Virus record (IMG/VR): IMGVR_UViG_3300042319_002819
Origin: an uncultured virus (IMG/VR IMGVR_UViG_3300042319_002819)
Taxonomy: Duplodnaviria; Heunggongvirae; Uroviricota; Caudoviricetes
DNA: 64,000 nucleotides
Strand: one strand, 5' to 3'
Shown: positions 20,103 to 29,560 of the stretch, piece after piece
Position numbering within the stretch: the first letter of the stretch is position 1
Layout: each line of letters opens with the position of its first letter
The notes under the pieces: model-generated
Database searches by the model: none
Seen by the model: only the letters and a program-made list of their open reading frames with translations
What the model was told of the DNA's origin: nothing
Position numbers and translations under genes: made by a program

Positions 20103-20495
20103 GTGAATATAATACTAGGATCGGAAAACATTTCTGGCATCAATGACAAGTATGTAGTGCTAGAACTAGACCAATTACTTTTTTCTAATCGAACAGAACC
20201 ATTGACTGCTTACTGTATTGTTGAAAACATAGGGTTTGATGAACTTGCTACAGTAGAGCAGTTCCGTGATCTGCACAACAATCTTGTCAAGAACTATCGA
20301 CTAGGCAATTGGAAGTACTGCGAAGACGCACTAGAATATCTGCGTGGAAGATGGCACAATGAAGTAGACACGTTTTATGACGATTTGTCACAGCGAATAG
20401 CCAAGTACAAAACTGCCGAACCTGACCCTGATTGGAACGGCATTGTCAAAGTGGCTGCACCTGCAAGCGGTGACACTCAGCTAGAGTCTCAATGA
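20103..20495 (+). CDS. hypothetical protein resembling the C-terminal helical tail of class III adenylate cyclases
   Basis: VLELD...EP..AY, YR.GNW, P.PDWNGIV pattern; no cyclase core. Confidence 0.5.
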   Translation: MNIILGSENISGINDKYVVLELDQLLFSNRTEPLTAYCIVENIGFDELATVEQFRDLHNNLVKNYRLGNWKYCEDALEYLRGRWHNEVDTFYDDLSQRIAKYKTAEPDPDWNGIVKVAAPASGDTQLESQ

Positions 20496-21780
20496 GACTT
20501 TGTTTGGTGTACACCGAGTTAAACGATAGTAGTTCTTGCTTTAACTCTGGTGTACGACTGGCTATTTTTCTAAACGTTCTCCAGTTGTGTCCTTTACGAT
20601 GCTGGTCACAACGGTGTTTGGCGTGTCGGTAGTTTTGTAAAAATTCCTTCTTTAGTTGTTGTGCAAAATCTTCAGAGAAGAATCTTTGTTTGTTGAATTT
20701 AACAATGCTATCTAATTGACGTCCAAGTTCTTTTTGTTGGGCTGGCTCTAGCTGTTGTATATGTTGCATGGTCAAAATTATTTTATTCATGCGCTGTAAA
20801 GAGTCAGTTTCTAAGTCGTAGCTTTCATCAATGACATCCCCGAATGTGCGAAATCCATAAGACCTAAGGTATTCCAAAGCACCGTGGGTGCTGGCCAGTA
20901 TGAATGGTTTTCCACAAGCAATTGGCCGCAGTATTTTTTCAGTAAGATGTAGTCGATCATCGTCAAACAATGTTTCCAGCACAACATCAAACCAACATTG
21001 TTGATAGTCCTCGGCTGAGTACCCAGCACTATAGCATGGAGTAGTTGTATTTTCTGGTAACATTGTTAAATCATGCACTGGACGAAATGCTGGATTAACA
21101 AAGCTGTGTTGCTGATACGGCACATCATTGTCGACTGGGTTAAACTTGACCAAGCAATCTTTGACCAAATCTTTGTCAATTAGTTGATCAATAAACTTTA
21201 ACCTATACTCACGTGTGCCCGACCATGCCCGATTGTAGACATTGAACATTTTAGGAAAATTTTCCGGCATGCAAGTTAGCTCGGGATCAACACTGGCATA
21301 TCGATACCAGTCACGAGCAATCACAGCATGACTCCACCAATACACTCCTTCAAGTCCAACTTGCGAGTATTTTTCAACTTGACTACTACGGCGCTCACTG
21401 TGTATAATAATGTTACGATCATACAAGGATGCAACTGTGCCTGCTTCACCAACAAATGCTAGATTAAAATTTGCCCAATATTCCAAGAGTTCTTGGCTTT
21501 TTAAAAATGAAGTGCGATGTGCTGGTAAATTCTTATGCATCCAGGCAGCTATGTTTTCTTTGATGTATGTGGGGTTGTAGTATTCAAAATTCAACGGCTC
21601 TTGATCGTGTGCAACAACAAACGGCAGTGTATTACGGTTTTTCCATCCCTTGAACACAAATTTTAAAATACCCAAGTCTTCAAGTTTTTTACTGCCATGT
21701 GGAGAAAAGCGATAAATTATAACATCGGGATCGATAATATCACCGAGGTAATTGTAGATTAGATCTAAAGGAATATACAT
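20446..21780 (-). CDS. GT10-like putative glycosyltransferase (paralog 2)
   Basis: HDQEPL, FDVVLET, HLTEKILRPI, GFRTFGDVIDESYD. Confidence 0.6.
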   Translation of the reverse strand: MYIPLDLIYNYLGDIIDPDVIIYRFSPHGSKKLEDLGILKFVFKGWKNRNTLPFVVAHDQEPLNFEYYNPTYIKENIAAWMHKNLPAHRTSFLKSQELLEYWANFNLAFVGEAGTVASLYDRNIIIHSERRSSQVEKYSQVGLEGVYWWSHAVIARDWYRYASVDPELTCMPENFPKMFNVYNRAWSGTREYRLKFIDQLIDKDLVKDCLVKFNPVDNDVPYQQHSFVNPAFRPVHDLTMLPENTTTPCYSAGYSAEDYQQCWFDVVLETLFDDDRLHLTEKILRPIACGKPFILASTHGALEYLRSYGFRTFGDVIDESYDLETDSLQRMNKIILTMQHIQQLEPAQQKELGRQLDSIVKFNKQRFFSEDFAQQLKKEFLQNYRHAKHRCDQHRKGHNWRTFRKIASRTPELKQELLSFNSVYTKQSLIETLAECHRLQVQPL

Positions 21781-23023
21781 GAACAATACTGTAATAGGAT
21801 TCGTAGGGCTTGGTAAGCTTGGGCTAGATTGTGCTGAAGTATTTGCTGAACACTATCCCACTGTGGGCTACGATATTTACCCACGTACCAGCGAGCACGT
21901 TAAAGTTTTAGAAACGCTACGAGACCTAGTAATTGAATCTGATTGGATTTTTATTGCAGTTCCCACTCCTCACGAAGAAGGATATGATGGGTCGGTGCCT
22001 AGCAGCCACATGGAGCCAAAAGACTTTGGCCACGAGGCTGTGAGATCAGTGCTGGCAGAAATTAATCGTTATGCAGACAAGCCTAAAAAAATTGTACTTA
22101 TTTCAACAGTGTTGCCCGGAACAACCAGTCGGCATTTTGCCAAGTTGATTGATGACCAGCACACATTCTTCTACAATCCTTATTTGATTGCCATGGGTTC
22201 AGTGAAGTGGGACATGGTCAATCCTGAGATGGTCATGATTGGTACCCGCAAAGGTGACAACACTGTGGCACAGGAATTGATTGACATTTATCAACCGTTG
22301 ATGAAAAACAATCCACGTTATGTCACTGGCACCTGGGAAGAGTGCGAAGCCATTAAGATTTTTTATAACACATTTATCAGTGCCAAAGTTGGACTTGTCA
22401 ACATGATCCAAGATTTTGCATTGCGCATTGGCAACATCAACGTTGATGTAGTAACTGATGCACTAGCTGCCAGCACCATGCGCATCATGGGGCCCAAGTA
22501 TATGACAGCAGGCATGGGCGATGCTGGTGCCTGCCATCCCAGAGACAACATTGCTCTGCGTTGGTTGGCCAAAGAGTACGACATTGGATATGACTTGTTT
22601 GATACAGTGATGCATGCCAGAGAAATTCAGGCCAAGAACCTGGGATATTTTCTAGCCGACCTAGCCAAACAACATGGCATGAGTATTGTAATCCATGGCA
22701 AGGCCTACAAGCCTGATGTAGAATACTGCATTGGATCTTATTCTACATTGGTGGGACACTATGTCAAACAAGCCGGGTTTGGTGTAAGGTATCTTGATCC
22801 CATGGCTGACGATCCCACAGAAGTTATTTCAGAACTGGTTGGTCCCGCAGTTATCCTGTGGGCACACAACCGAAAAATCACCTACGAATACACCGGTGAT
22901 CAATTAGATACACAGCCCTATTGTAAAATTCCAGCTGGTAGTATAATTGTTGACCCATGGCGCAAGTTGACTTCCACAAATGAAGTCAAGGTTGTGCACT
23001 ATGGTAACACACGCAGTGCTTAA
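21779..23023 (+). CDS. UDP-glucose/GDP-mannose dehydrogenase family protein
   Basis: GFVGLGKLG Rossmann, FIAVPTP, STVLPGTT, KIFYN, GACHPRD catalytic Cys, G.AYKP. Confidence 0.9.
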   Translation: MNNTVIGFVGLGKLGLDCAEVFAEHYPTVGYDIYPRTSEHVKVLETLRDLVIESDWIFIAVPTPHEEGYDGSVPSSHMEPKDFGHEAVRSVLAEINRYADKPKKIVLISTVLPGTTSRHFAKLIDDQHTFFYNPYLIAMGSVKWDMVNPEMVMIGTRKGDNTVAQELIDIYQPLMKNNPRYVTGTWEECEAIKIFYNTFISAKVGLVNMIQDFALRIGNINVDVVTDALAASTMRIMGPKYMTAGMGDAGACHPRDNIALRWLAKEYDIGYDLFDTVMHAREIQAKNLGYFLADLAKQHGMSIVIHGKAYKPDVEYCIGSYSTLVGHYVKQAGFGVRYLDPMADDPTEVISELVGPAVILWAHNRKITYEYTGDQLDTQPYCKIPAGSIIVDPWRKLTSTNEVKVVHYGNTRSA

Positions 23024-23519
23024 ATATCACATTGAGCGGTTCTGGGATGACGAGTTCAAAACACTGGACTACATCCAGGAACCTTTCAACGATCCAGAGA
23101 GTGTAAACCTATGGATCAATCAAGGGTACCAAAGCAAAATAACTGGCGAGCTTTGCGACATGCGCCATCGCTTGCCTGCATGGGCCAGCAAGTTTGTTGA
23201 AATATACGAAGCGCAGGGTTGGAAAGACGTTGGGATTGCATTCTATCGCATGCGTACTGGCACAGTAATGCCGGTGCATGGCGACCTTTACAAACGTTAT
23301 ATTGAACTGTTTGACCTGCAGGGCCAAGAAAAATCAATACGTCGAGCATTGTTGTTGTTAGAAGACTGGAAACCTGGTCACTATTTAGAAGTCAACGGCA
23401 AACCTTACGTGTCTTGGCGTGCTGGAGACACAGTTGAGTGGGAGTACGATGCTCCGCACTCAGCAGCCAACATTGGTCTTGAAGACCGATACACATTACA
23501 AATAACCGGACATTTATGA
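23001..23519 (+). CDS. 2OG-Fe(II)/cupin oxygenase-like protein
   Basis: MPVHGD (HxD) ... PHSAAN (H) ... RYTLQITG. Confidence 0.7.
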   Translation: MVTHAVLKYHIERFWDDEFKTLDYIQEPFNDPESVNLWINQGYQSKITGELCDMRHRLPAWASKFVEIYEAQGWKDVGIAFYRMRTGTVMPVHGDLYKRYIELFDLQGQEKSIRRALLLLEDWKPGHYLEVNGKPYVSWRAGDTVEWEYDAPHSAANIGLEDRYTLQITGHL

Positions 23520-24433
23520 TTTCAAGTTACAACGAGTGGAGTCCATTAAAACGCATAGTAGTGGGATCAGCCACTGATGCTAACTGGCCAGCAACCGATC
23601 CTGTGTTTTCCAAAGAAAGTGAAAAGACTACCTGGAAAGAATCCCCAGTCCCGCGTGGACCCGTGCCTCAAAGAATAATTGACGAAGCTAATGAAGACCT
23701 AGATATTCTAGCAACCACCTTGGTGAGTCTGGGAGTAGAAGTGACTCGTCCAGATCCACTCAATTTCCAAACTCATGATGGAATGTATAATTATTGTCCA
23801 CGTGACAGATTACTTGTATATGGTTCTACAATAATTGACCCAGCTATGATGTACCCTTGCAGAGACATGGAACTACAATGTTATCATGACATTGTGGATT
23901 CAGCCAGTAACTATCTACATATGCCTAGAAACGAAGGCATGATATTGGACGCTGCCAATGTGCTGAGATTAAATGATAAAATGTTGTTTCTAGAATCAGC
24001 TTCAGGTAATCGGGCAGCCTACAATTGGCTTTGTGACCAGCTACCAGATGTTGACATTGAACTATGTAATTTTTATTCTGGAGTACACATTGACTCAACT
24101 ATTGTGCCGTTGCGCGAAGGTTTGGTTTTGTTAAATAGCAGTAGAGTAACCCCCGAAACATGCCCAAAGGTATTTGATACTTGGGATAAAATTTATGTTG
24201 ATGAAGTTGTGGCACAGGATTTCTTTCAATACCCCTACGCCAGCAAATGGATAGCAATGAATATGCTGGCAGTTGATCCACATACTGTGATATTAGATCG
24301 CAGACAACACAAGTTAATTGCCACATTAGAACAATGTAATTTCACTGTGATACCGTTGGAACTAAGACATAGCAGAACCCTGGGCGGTGGTTTCCATTGT
24401 GTTACTTTAGATTTATGGAGAGAGCATGCTTGA
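23516..24433 (+). CDS. amidinotransferase (GatM/StrB1-like)
   Basis: SSYNEWSPLK, NYCPRD, DAAN, HIDST, GGGFHCVTLD. Confidence 0.9.
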   Translation: MISSYNEWSPLKRIVVGSATDANWPATDPVFSKESEKTTWKESPVPRGPVPQRIIDEANEDLDILATTLVSLGVEVTRPDPLNFQTHDGMYNYCPRDRLLVYGSTIIDPAMMYPCRDMELQCYHDIVDSASNYLHMPRNEGMILDAANVLRLNDKMLFLESASGNRAAYNWLCDQLPDVDIELCNFYSGVHIDSTIVPLREGLVLLNSSRVTPETCPKVFDTWDKIYVDEVVAQDFFQYPYASKWIAMNMLAVDPHTVILDRRQHKLIATLEQCNFTVIPLELRHSRTLGGGFHCVTLDLWREHA

Positions 24434-25484
24434 TGCAAATGTACTAGAGCAAATAATTGCCAAAGAAATCAATGTTGCTGTCAGCAACGTAATTACCAAC
24501 AGTATTGAACATCTAGTTGTTGACCCAGTCTGGCTTGCCAAGATTGAAAATTTAATTGTACAAAACTACTCACAAAAATTGACTAGACATTTAAGTTCAA
24601 TTGACATCAATAAATTAATAGTAGATCAACTTGATACAACCCTAGACTTATGGCAGGAAAAACTTAAAGAAAATTTTAAAACTCGAGGAATAACTGACCT
24701 TGCCAACGGAATACAGCTTACTGTAATGGACGGTGCAGTAGTTGCCTCTGAGGGGTTAGCCGGGCAATCATTGCTGATTGAAAAAGATGCAGATGTGCGT
24801 GGCTCGTTATCTGTGAATAATTTAATACTGCGAGGATCTGTAAACACAGATAATCGCGCCTGGAATGAACTTGCTGACAACATTGCCGAGAAAGCTTTAA
24901 AAAAAGCCACTGCTGAATGGCAAAAAAAACTTGTGGATGAAGTACTTGAGCTTGCAAAAACGCAAGGTATTGATTTTGACAACATATTACTTGCTGGGCA
25001 ACCCCTAGTTGCTGATAATAAATTAAGCACAAGCGTCAAAGAAACCAGTATCGAGTCCACAGGCACCCTTAAAGATTTGAAGACCACAGGTGTAGTAAAC
25101 CTCAGCAACACAGTTACAGTTAAATCAAACCGTCTAGGTATAAACACACAAGATCCAGAAATGGCCCTGTCTGTGTGGGACGAAGAGGTTTCAGTCATTG
25201 CTGGCAAGTTGCGCAAGGATCAAGCATTCATTGGTACAGCAAGACGGCAGGCATTGACTATAGGAATCAATCGGACTGCTTGTATAGAAATTGATGTTGA
25301 TGGGCTAGTTACTGCCAAACAGTTTAGAATAGATCGCTGGCGCATAGGGCACGGCACCGAAGTTCCGGGCTATTCTGGCACACGTGGTGATTTTATACTT
25401 AATAACGACCCCAAACCTAATTCGCCATTTGCCTGGGTGTGCCTGGGTGGATTTAGATGGCAATCACTTCGGAGTGCCGAATGA
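24426..25484 (+). CDS. hypothetical protein, probably virion-associated
   Basis: RLGINTQDP repeat-type motif; C-terminal RGDFILN..P......WVC as in tail-fibre/spike ends. Confidence 0.55.
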   Translation: MLDANVLEQIIAKEINVAVSNVITNSIEHLVVDPVWLAKIENLIVQNYSQKLTRHLSSIDINKLIVDQLDTTLDLWQEKLKENFKTRGITDLANGIQLTVMDGAVVASEGLAGQSLLIEKDADVRGSLSVNNLILRGSVNTDNRAWNELADNIAEKALKKATAEWQKKLVDEVLELAKTQGIDFDNILLAGQPLVADNKLSTSVKETSIESTGTLKDLKTTGVVNLSNTVTVKSNRLGINTQDPEMALSVWDEEVSVIAGKLRKDQAFIGTARRQALTIGINRTACIEIDVDGLVTAKQFRIDRWRIGHGTEVPGYSGTRGDFILNNDPKPNSPFAWVCLGGFRWQSLRSAE

Positions 25485-26035
25485 GAATTAATTGGATTTA
25501 TTCGGCCAATTATAGCCCCCCTCCCACCATTGACTTAGATGCCATAAAAAGCGTTGGCCCAAGTTGGGGATCCTGGAAAAGCTGGCGTGCCTGTGGTACC
25601 GACAATGTTGTCTGTCACGATCTAACACAAAGCAAAGCACTGATACAACGAGAATTTCAAGCGTCTTGTAATTTTTATGTGCCACGTAGTTTGTACCAGG
25701 ATCTAAACCGTCCCACAGGAGTCAAACTCTATGATGGTGAGTTCCGTGAAGAAGTTGACAATCTTGAAGATATCATTTCCATGCACTTGTCCAGCGCAAT
25801 GTCTGATGTTGTGCTTTTGCTTGGATTTGATTTTGGAAAAAAAGAGCCACAAGTTGACAAGCTCAAACAACATCGGCAACAGAATAGATTTGGGCTAACA
25901 CGACAGGTCATTGCCAATAATCCAACTGTGCAATGGGTTTTGGTTGATCATCCCAACCAAATTGACAAATCCTATGCCGAACTCACCAATTTGACTTGCG
26001 ACAATATTGATAATGTGTTAAAATTACTGACGTAA
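25481..26035 (+). CDS. hypothetical protein (possible glycosyltransferase/Maf-like fold)
   Basis: VVLLLGFDF motif; ATGA-coupled. Confidence 0.45.
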   Translation: MRINWIYSANYSPPPTIDLDAIKSVGPSWGSWKSWRACGTDNVVCHDLTQSKALIQREFQASCNFYVPRSLYQDLNRPTGVKLYDGEFREEVDNLEDIISMHLSSAMSDVVLLLGFDFGKKEPQVDKLKQHRQQNRFGLTRQVIANNPTVQWVLVDHPNQIDKSYAELTNLTCDNIDNVLKLLT

Positions 26036-26053
26036 TTACTATTAAGGAAATTT

Positions 26054-27073
26054 ATGTCAGGCCGAATTGGTTTTGCATGCAAATGGCTAGATACTCCCGA
26101 CGAATGTGCAGGCCGTAAACCCACCAGTGAGAGTCGAGATCTTAATGGTCGTAGTACAACCATGCGCTGGCTCCGTGAACACAAGAACGAAGCCGAACAA
26201 CGCCAATGGGATATCATGAACCACAATGCTCGTGCCGCCTTGCTCATGGTAGAACGTGTGGGCAGTTTGCCTGCACATCTGCGCATGGTACGACTGGGCA
26301 GTGAAATGCTACAAGGCTACACTGAACCAGACTGGAAGGCTTGGTGGCAACGAGCAGAAGTACAAGACCATTGTGAACGAATCTTTGCACCCATTGGTGC
26401 CCGTGCTAGGGAACTAGGTGTGCGTTTAAGTTTCCATCCTGGGCAGTTTTGTGTGCTGGCCAGCGAAAGTAATGAAATTGTGGAGAGAAGCATTGAAGAA
26501 TTCGAATATCATGCGGACATGGCACGTTGGATGGGCTACGGCAAGACGTTCCAGGATTTCAAGATTAATGTACACATTTCCGGACGGAAGGGTCCTGCGG
26601 GTATTCAAAGTGCCCTCAAAAGGCTCAGTCCCGAAGCAAGAAATTGCATTACTATCGAAAACGATGAAATGACCTGGGGTATTGACGCCAGTTTGGAATT
26701 AGCCCAAGATTGTGCTTTGGTGTTGGATATTCATCACCACTGGATTAAAACTGGAGAATATATTGAGAACAATGATGACCGTGTTAAAAAGGTTACTGAT
26801 AGTTGGCGTGGTGTGCGCCCTGTTATACATTACTCCGTCAGTCGTGAAGATGTACTTGTCGGACATTCCAGACACAACCGCCCCGCTCTTGTTCCGTTGA
26901 TGGAAGCAGGTTACAAAAAAGGTAAACTGCGAGCACACAGTGATTTTTATTGGAATGATGATGTCAATGCCTGGGCTGTCACACACAGCACCTGGGCAGA
27001 CATCATGTGCGAAAGCAAGGGCAAAAATCTTGCCAGCATTGATTTTGCAGAAAGATTCTTAAGGAATGTATAA
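26054..27073 (+). CDS. uvsE: UV damage endonuclease UvsE/UVDE
   Basis: RIGFACK, RLSFHPGQF, IENDE, LDIHHH, HYS, RAHSD, ESKGK. Confidence 0.92.
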   Translation: MSGRIGFACKWLDTPDECAGRKPTSESRDLNGRSTTMRWLREHKNEAEQRQWDIMNHNARAALLMVERVGSLPAHLRMVRLGSEMLQGYTEPDWKAWWQRAEVQDHCERIFAPIGARARELGVRLSFHPGQFCVLASESNEIVERSIEEFEYHADMARWMGYGKTFQDFKINVHISGRKGPAGIQSALKRLSPEARNCITIENDEMTWGIDASLELAQDCALVLDIHHHWIKTGEYIENNDDRVKKVTDSWRGVRPVIHYSVSREDVLVGHSRHNRPALVPLMEAGYKKGKLRAHSDFYWNDDVNAWAVTHSTWADIMCESKGKNLASIDFAERFLRNV

Positions 27074-28220
27074 TGTGTACCAACACTGGGATCCACTCCG
27101 GACTTGTGTTGTAGGTCGCGGTTACCCGCCTGAATTTTATTCGTGGATCCAGGTTCCGCATGTTCGAGAATTGTTTGAAAAAATGGCACAGGAGACCGAA
27201 GAAGATTACCAAAACATTGTTAAAAAATTAGAAAGTTTTGGAGTTAAAGTTTTTCGTCCAGAGTTGCCTAGTACAACAATGATTGGTGGAAAGCACATGC
27301 CTCCACCCATGACTCCCAGAGACGAGCATATTATGTTGGGTACAACATTTTATGAAAATTGGAGTTTTAATTTCAGTGACGTTTACAAAAAAGCCAAAGA
27401 TGTAACATGGCCCGAATGTAATTCTTACGAAGAATTTTTGTCCTTGCCATCACACATACAAGATGAATGCAACGAAAGATATCAATTCAGTGAATGGTAT
27501 CATTATAAAAATGGTTATGCACACATTTACAAACACATCGAAGAGCAAGGCAATTTAATTAAACACCATGCGCATTTTAGTCATGGTGCATTTCGTTGCC
27601 CAGGTGCAATGATCAGCAGGATTGGCCAGGATCTCTTTTTTGGCACACCCGAATATCCAACAACCACAGTGAAATTTCCCTATAACTATCAGCAGATAAT
27701 CGATGAAGAGTGCCCAAATACAAGGAATCACATTGTGTACACAGGTGGTCACAGTGACGGCACTTACTGTCCAGTTGCACCCGGTTTAATTATCAGCTTG
27801 AAGGATGTGCCTACCTATGCTGAAACTTTTCCAGGCTGGGAAGTGATATATTTGCCTGAACAAAGTTGGGGTGCCATACAACCTTTCTTGCATCTTAAAA
27901 ATAAAAATCGTGGCAAATGGTGGATCCCGGGATTTGAATACGACAGTGATGTCATTGACTGTGTTGAGACTTGGTTAAATCATTGGACTGGATATGTAGA
28001 AGAAACTGTGTTTGATGTCAACATGTTGATCATTGATCCTAAAAATGTCATGGTATTCAACTACAACAAACAAGTATTTGACGCACTAGATCGTCACGGA
28101 ATTACTCCACACATTGTACCATTTAGACATAGATATTTTTGGGATGGCGGCATTCATTGCGTCACAATGGATCTTCACCGAGAAGGTGTTCGTCAAGACT
28201 TTTTTCCTGGACGCTTATGA
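27066..28220 (+). CDS. second amidinotransferase with inserted ~40-aa WP.C module
   Basis: QHWDPL, PMTPRD, GHSDG, FDVNML, WDGGIHCVTMD; insert YKKAKDVTWPECNSYEEFLSLPSHIQDEC. Confidence 0.85.
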   Translation: MYNVYQHWDPLRTCVVGRGYPPEFYSWIQVPHVRELFEKMAQETEEDYQNIVKKLESFGVKVFRPELPSTTMIGGKHMPPPMTPRDEHIMLGTTFYENWSFNFSDVYKKAKDVTWPECNSYEEFLSLPSHIQDECNERYQFSEWYHYKNGYAHIYKHIEEQGNLIKHHAHFSHGAFRCPGAMISRIGQDLFFGTPEYPTTTVKFPYNYQQIIDEECPNTRNHIVYTGGHSDGTYCPVAPGLIISLKDVPTYAETFPGWEVIYLPEQSWGAIQPFLHLKNKNRGKWWIPGFEYDSDVIDCVETWLNHWTGYVEETVFDVNMLIIDPKNVMVFNYNKQVFDALDRHGITPHIVPFRHRYFWDGGIHCVTMDLHREGVRQDFFPGRL

Positions 28221-28504
28221 ATGCACTTTTAAAACCCACCGTTGATTGGATACAAGATGACTTTAAGTCTAACAGAATTCGCTTTGTTGTTGAGCTTCTC
28301 GCTTGGGCTATTAGCATTGGTTGCAGTATTACTATGGCACTCACAGTCCCCACTCCACCGCTTCTTACTCTTTATCCTATTTGGATTATTGGCTGTGCCA
28401 TGTATGCTTGGGCTAGTTGGACTAGGAAATCTTTTGGCATGCTGGCTAACTACATCTTGCTGACCACTATTGATAGTGTTGGCCTTGCACGTATGATTTT
28501 GTAA
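28217..28504 (+). CDS. small membrane protein (3 TM)
   Basis: ATGA-coupled; hydrophobic helices. Confidence 0.7.
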   Translation: MNALLKPTVDWIQDDFKSNRIRFVVELLAWAISIGCSITMALTVPTPPLLTLYPIWIIGCAMYAWASWTRKSFGMLANYILLTTIDSVGLARMIL

Positions 28505-28533
28505 CAAAATTGTAACATGATTCTCCTTAAATA
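28499..28533 (+). promoter_or_regulatory. Pho box upstream of pstS
   Basis: TTGTAAC-AAAA-TTGTAAC direct repeat with 11-bp period, then TAAATA at 28528. Confidence 0.7.
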
Positions 28534-28558
28534 ATCTTGTCACAACAAGGAGAACTCA

Positions 28559-29560
28559 GTGAACAAACTACTAGCAATTTTATTAGCCGCAGTAACACTT
28601 TCAGCAAACGCAGATATTACAGGTGCTGGCGCAACTTTCCCATTCCCAATCTATGCCAAGTGGGCTGAGGGATATAAGAAAACCACAGGTACCAGTTTAA
28701 ACTATCAGAGTATTGGTAGTAGTGGTGGTATTAGACAGATTAACGCAAAAACAGTTGACTTTGGTGCAACAGATGCTCCAGTAAGTGGAGAAAACTTAGA
28801 CAAGAATGGACAAGTGCAGTTCCCTGCTATTATCGGCGGAACAGTTCCTGTAGTTAACTTAGATGGTTTCCGACCAGGCGAACTACGCATCACTGGTCCG
28901 GTTATGGCAGAAGTATTCTTGGGAAACATTACCAAGTGGAATGATCCTAAATTATTAGCATTGAATCCCGGCAAGACATTACCAGATCAACCTATCACTA
29001 TTGTACATCGTGCTGATGGTAGTGGTACAACATTCAACTGGACAGATTATCTTGCCACAGTAAGCCCTGAGTGGCTACAGCGTGTAGGTCGTGGTGCCGC
29101 AGTTAAGTGGCCGGCGGCAACAGCAGTTGGTGGCAAAGGCAATGAAGGTGTTGCAGCCAACGTGAATCGTATTAAAGGTTCAATTGGCTATGTAGAATAT
29201 GCTTATGTTAAGAAAAACAACATGACGTTCCTACAACTACAAAACAAATCAGGCAAATATGTTAGTCCAGATGATTTAACATTTGCTGCCGCGGCAGACG
29301 GTGCTGATTGGTTCTCAGTTCCAGGTATGGGACTCAGCATTGTGGATCAAAAGAATCCTAATGCTTGGCCAGTAAGTTCAGCCAGTTTCATCATTATGTA
29401 CAAAGAACCAAAGAGCAAAGCTACCAGCGATGAAGTATTAAAGTTCTTTGACTGGGCATTTAAGAATGGTAAGAAAGATGCTGTAGATTTAGATTATGTA
29501 CCATTACCTGATGCACTAACAAAGCAGATCCGTGAGCGTGTTTGGACACAGATCAAGTAA
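28559..29560 (+). CDS. pstS: phosphate-binding protein PstS
   Basis: Signal peptide, ITGAGATFP, YQSIGSSGG, DFGATD, HRADGSGTT. Confidence 0.97.
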   Translation: MNKLLAILLAAVTLSANADITGAGATFPFPIYAKWAEGYKKTTGTSLNYQSIGSSGGIRQINAKTVDFGATDAPVSGENLDKNGQVQFPAIIGGTVPVVNLDGFRPGELRITGPVMAEVFLGNITKWNDPKLLALNPGKTLPDQPITIVHRADGSGTTFNWTDYLATVSPEWLQRVGRGAAVKWPAATAVGGKGNEGVAANVNRIKGSIGYVEYAYVKKNNMTFLQLQNKSGKYVSPDDLTFAAAADGADWFSVPGMGLSIVDQKNPNAWPVSSASFIIMYKEPKSKATSDEVLKFFDWAFKNGKKDAVDLDYVPLPDALTKQIRERVWTQIK

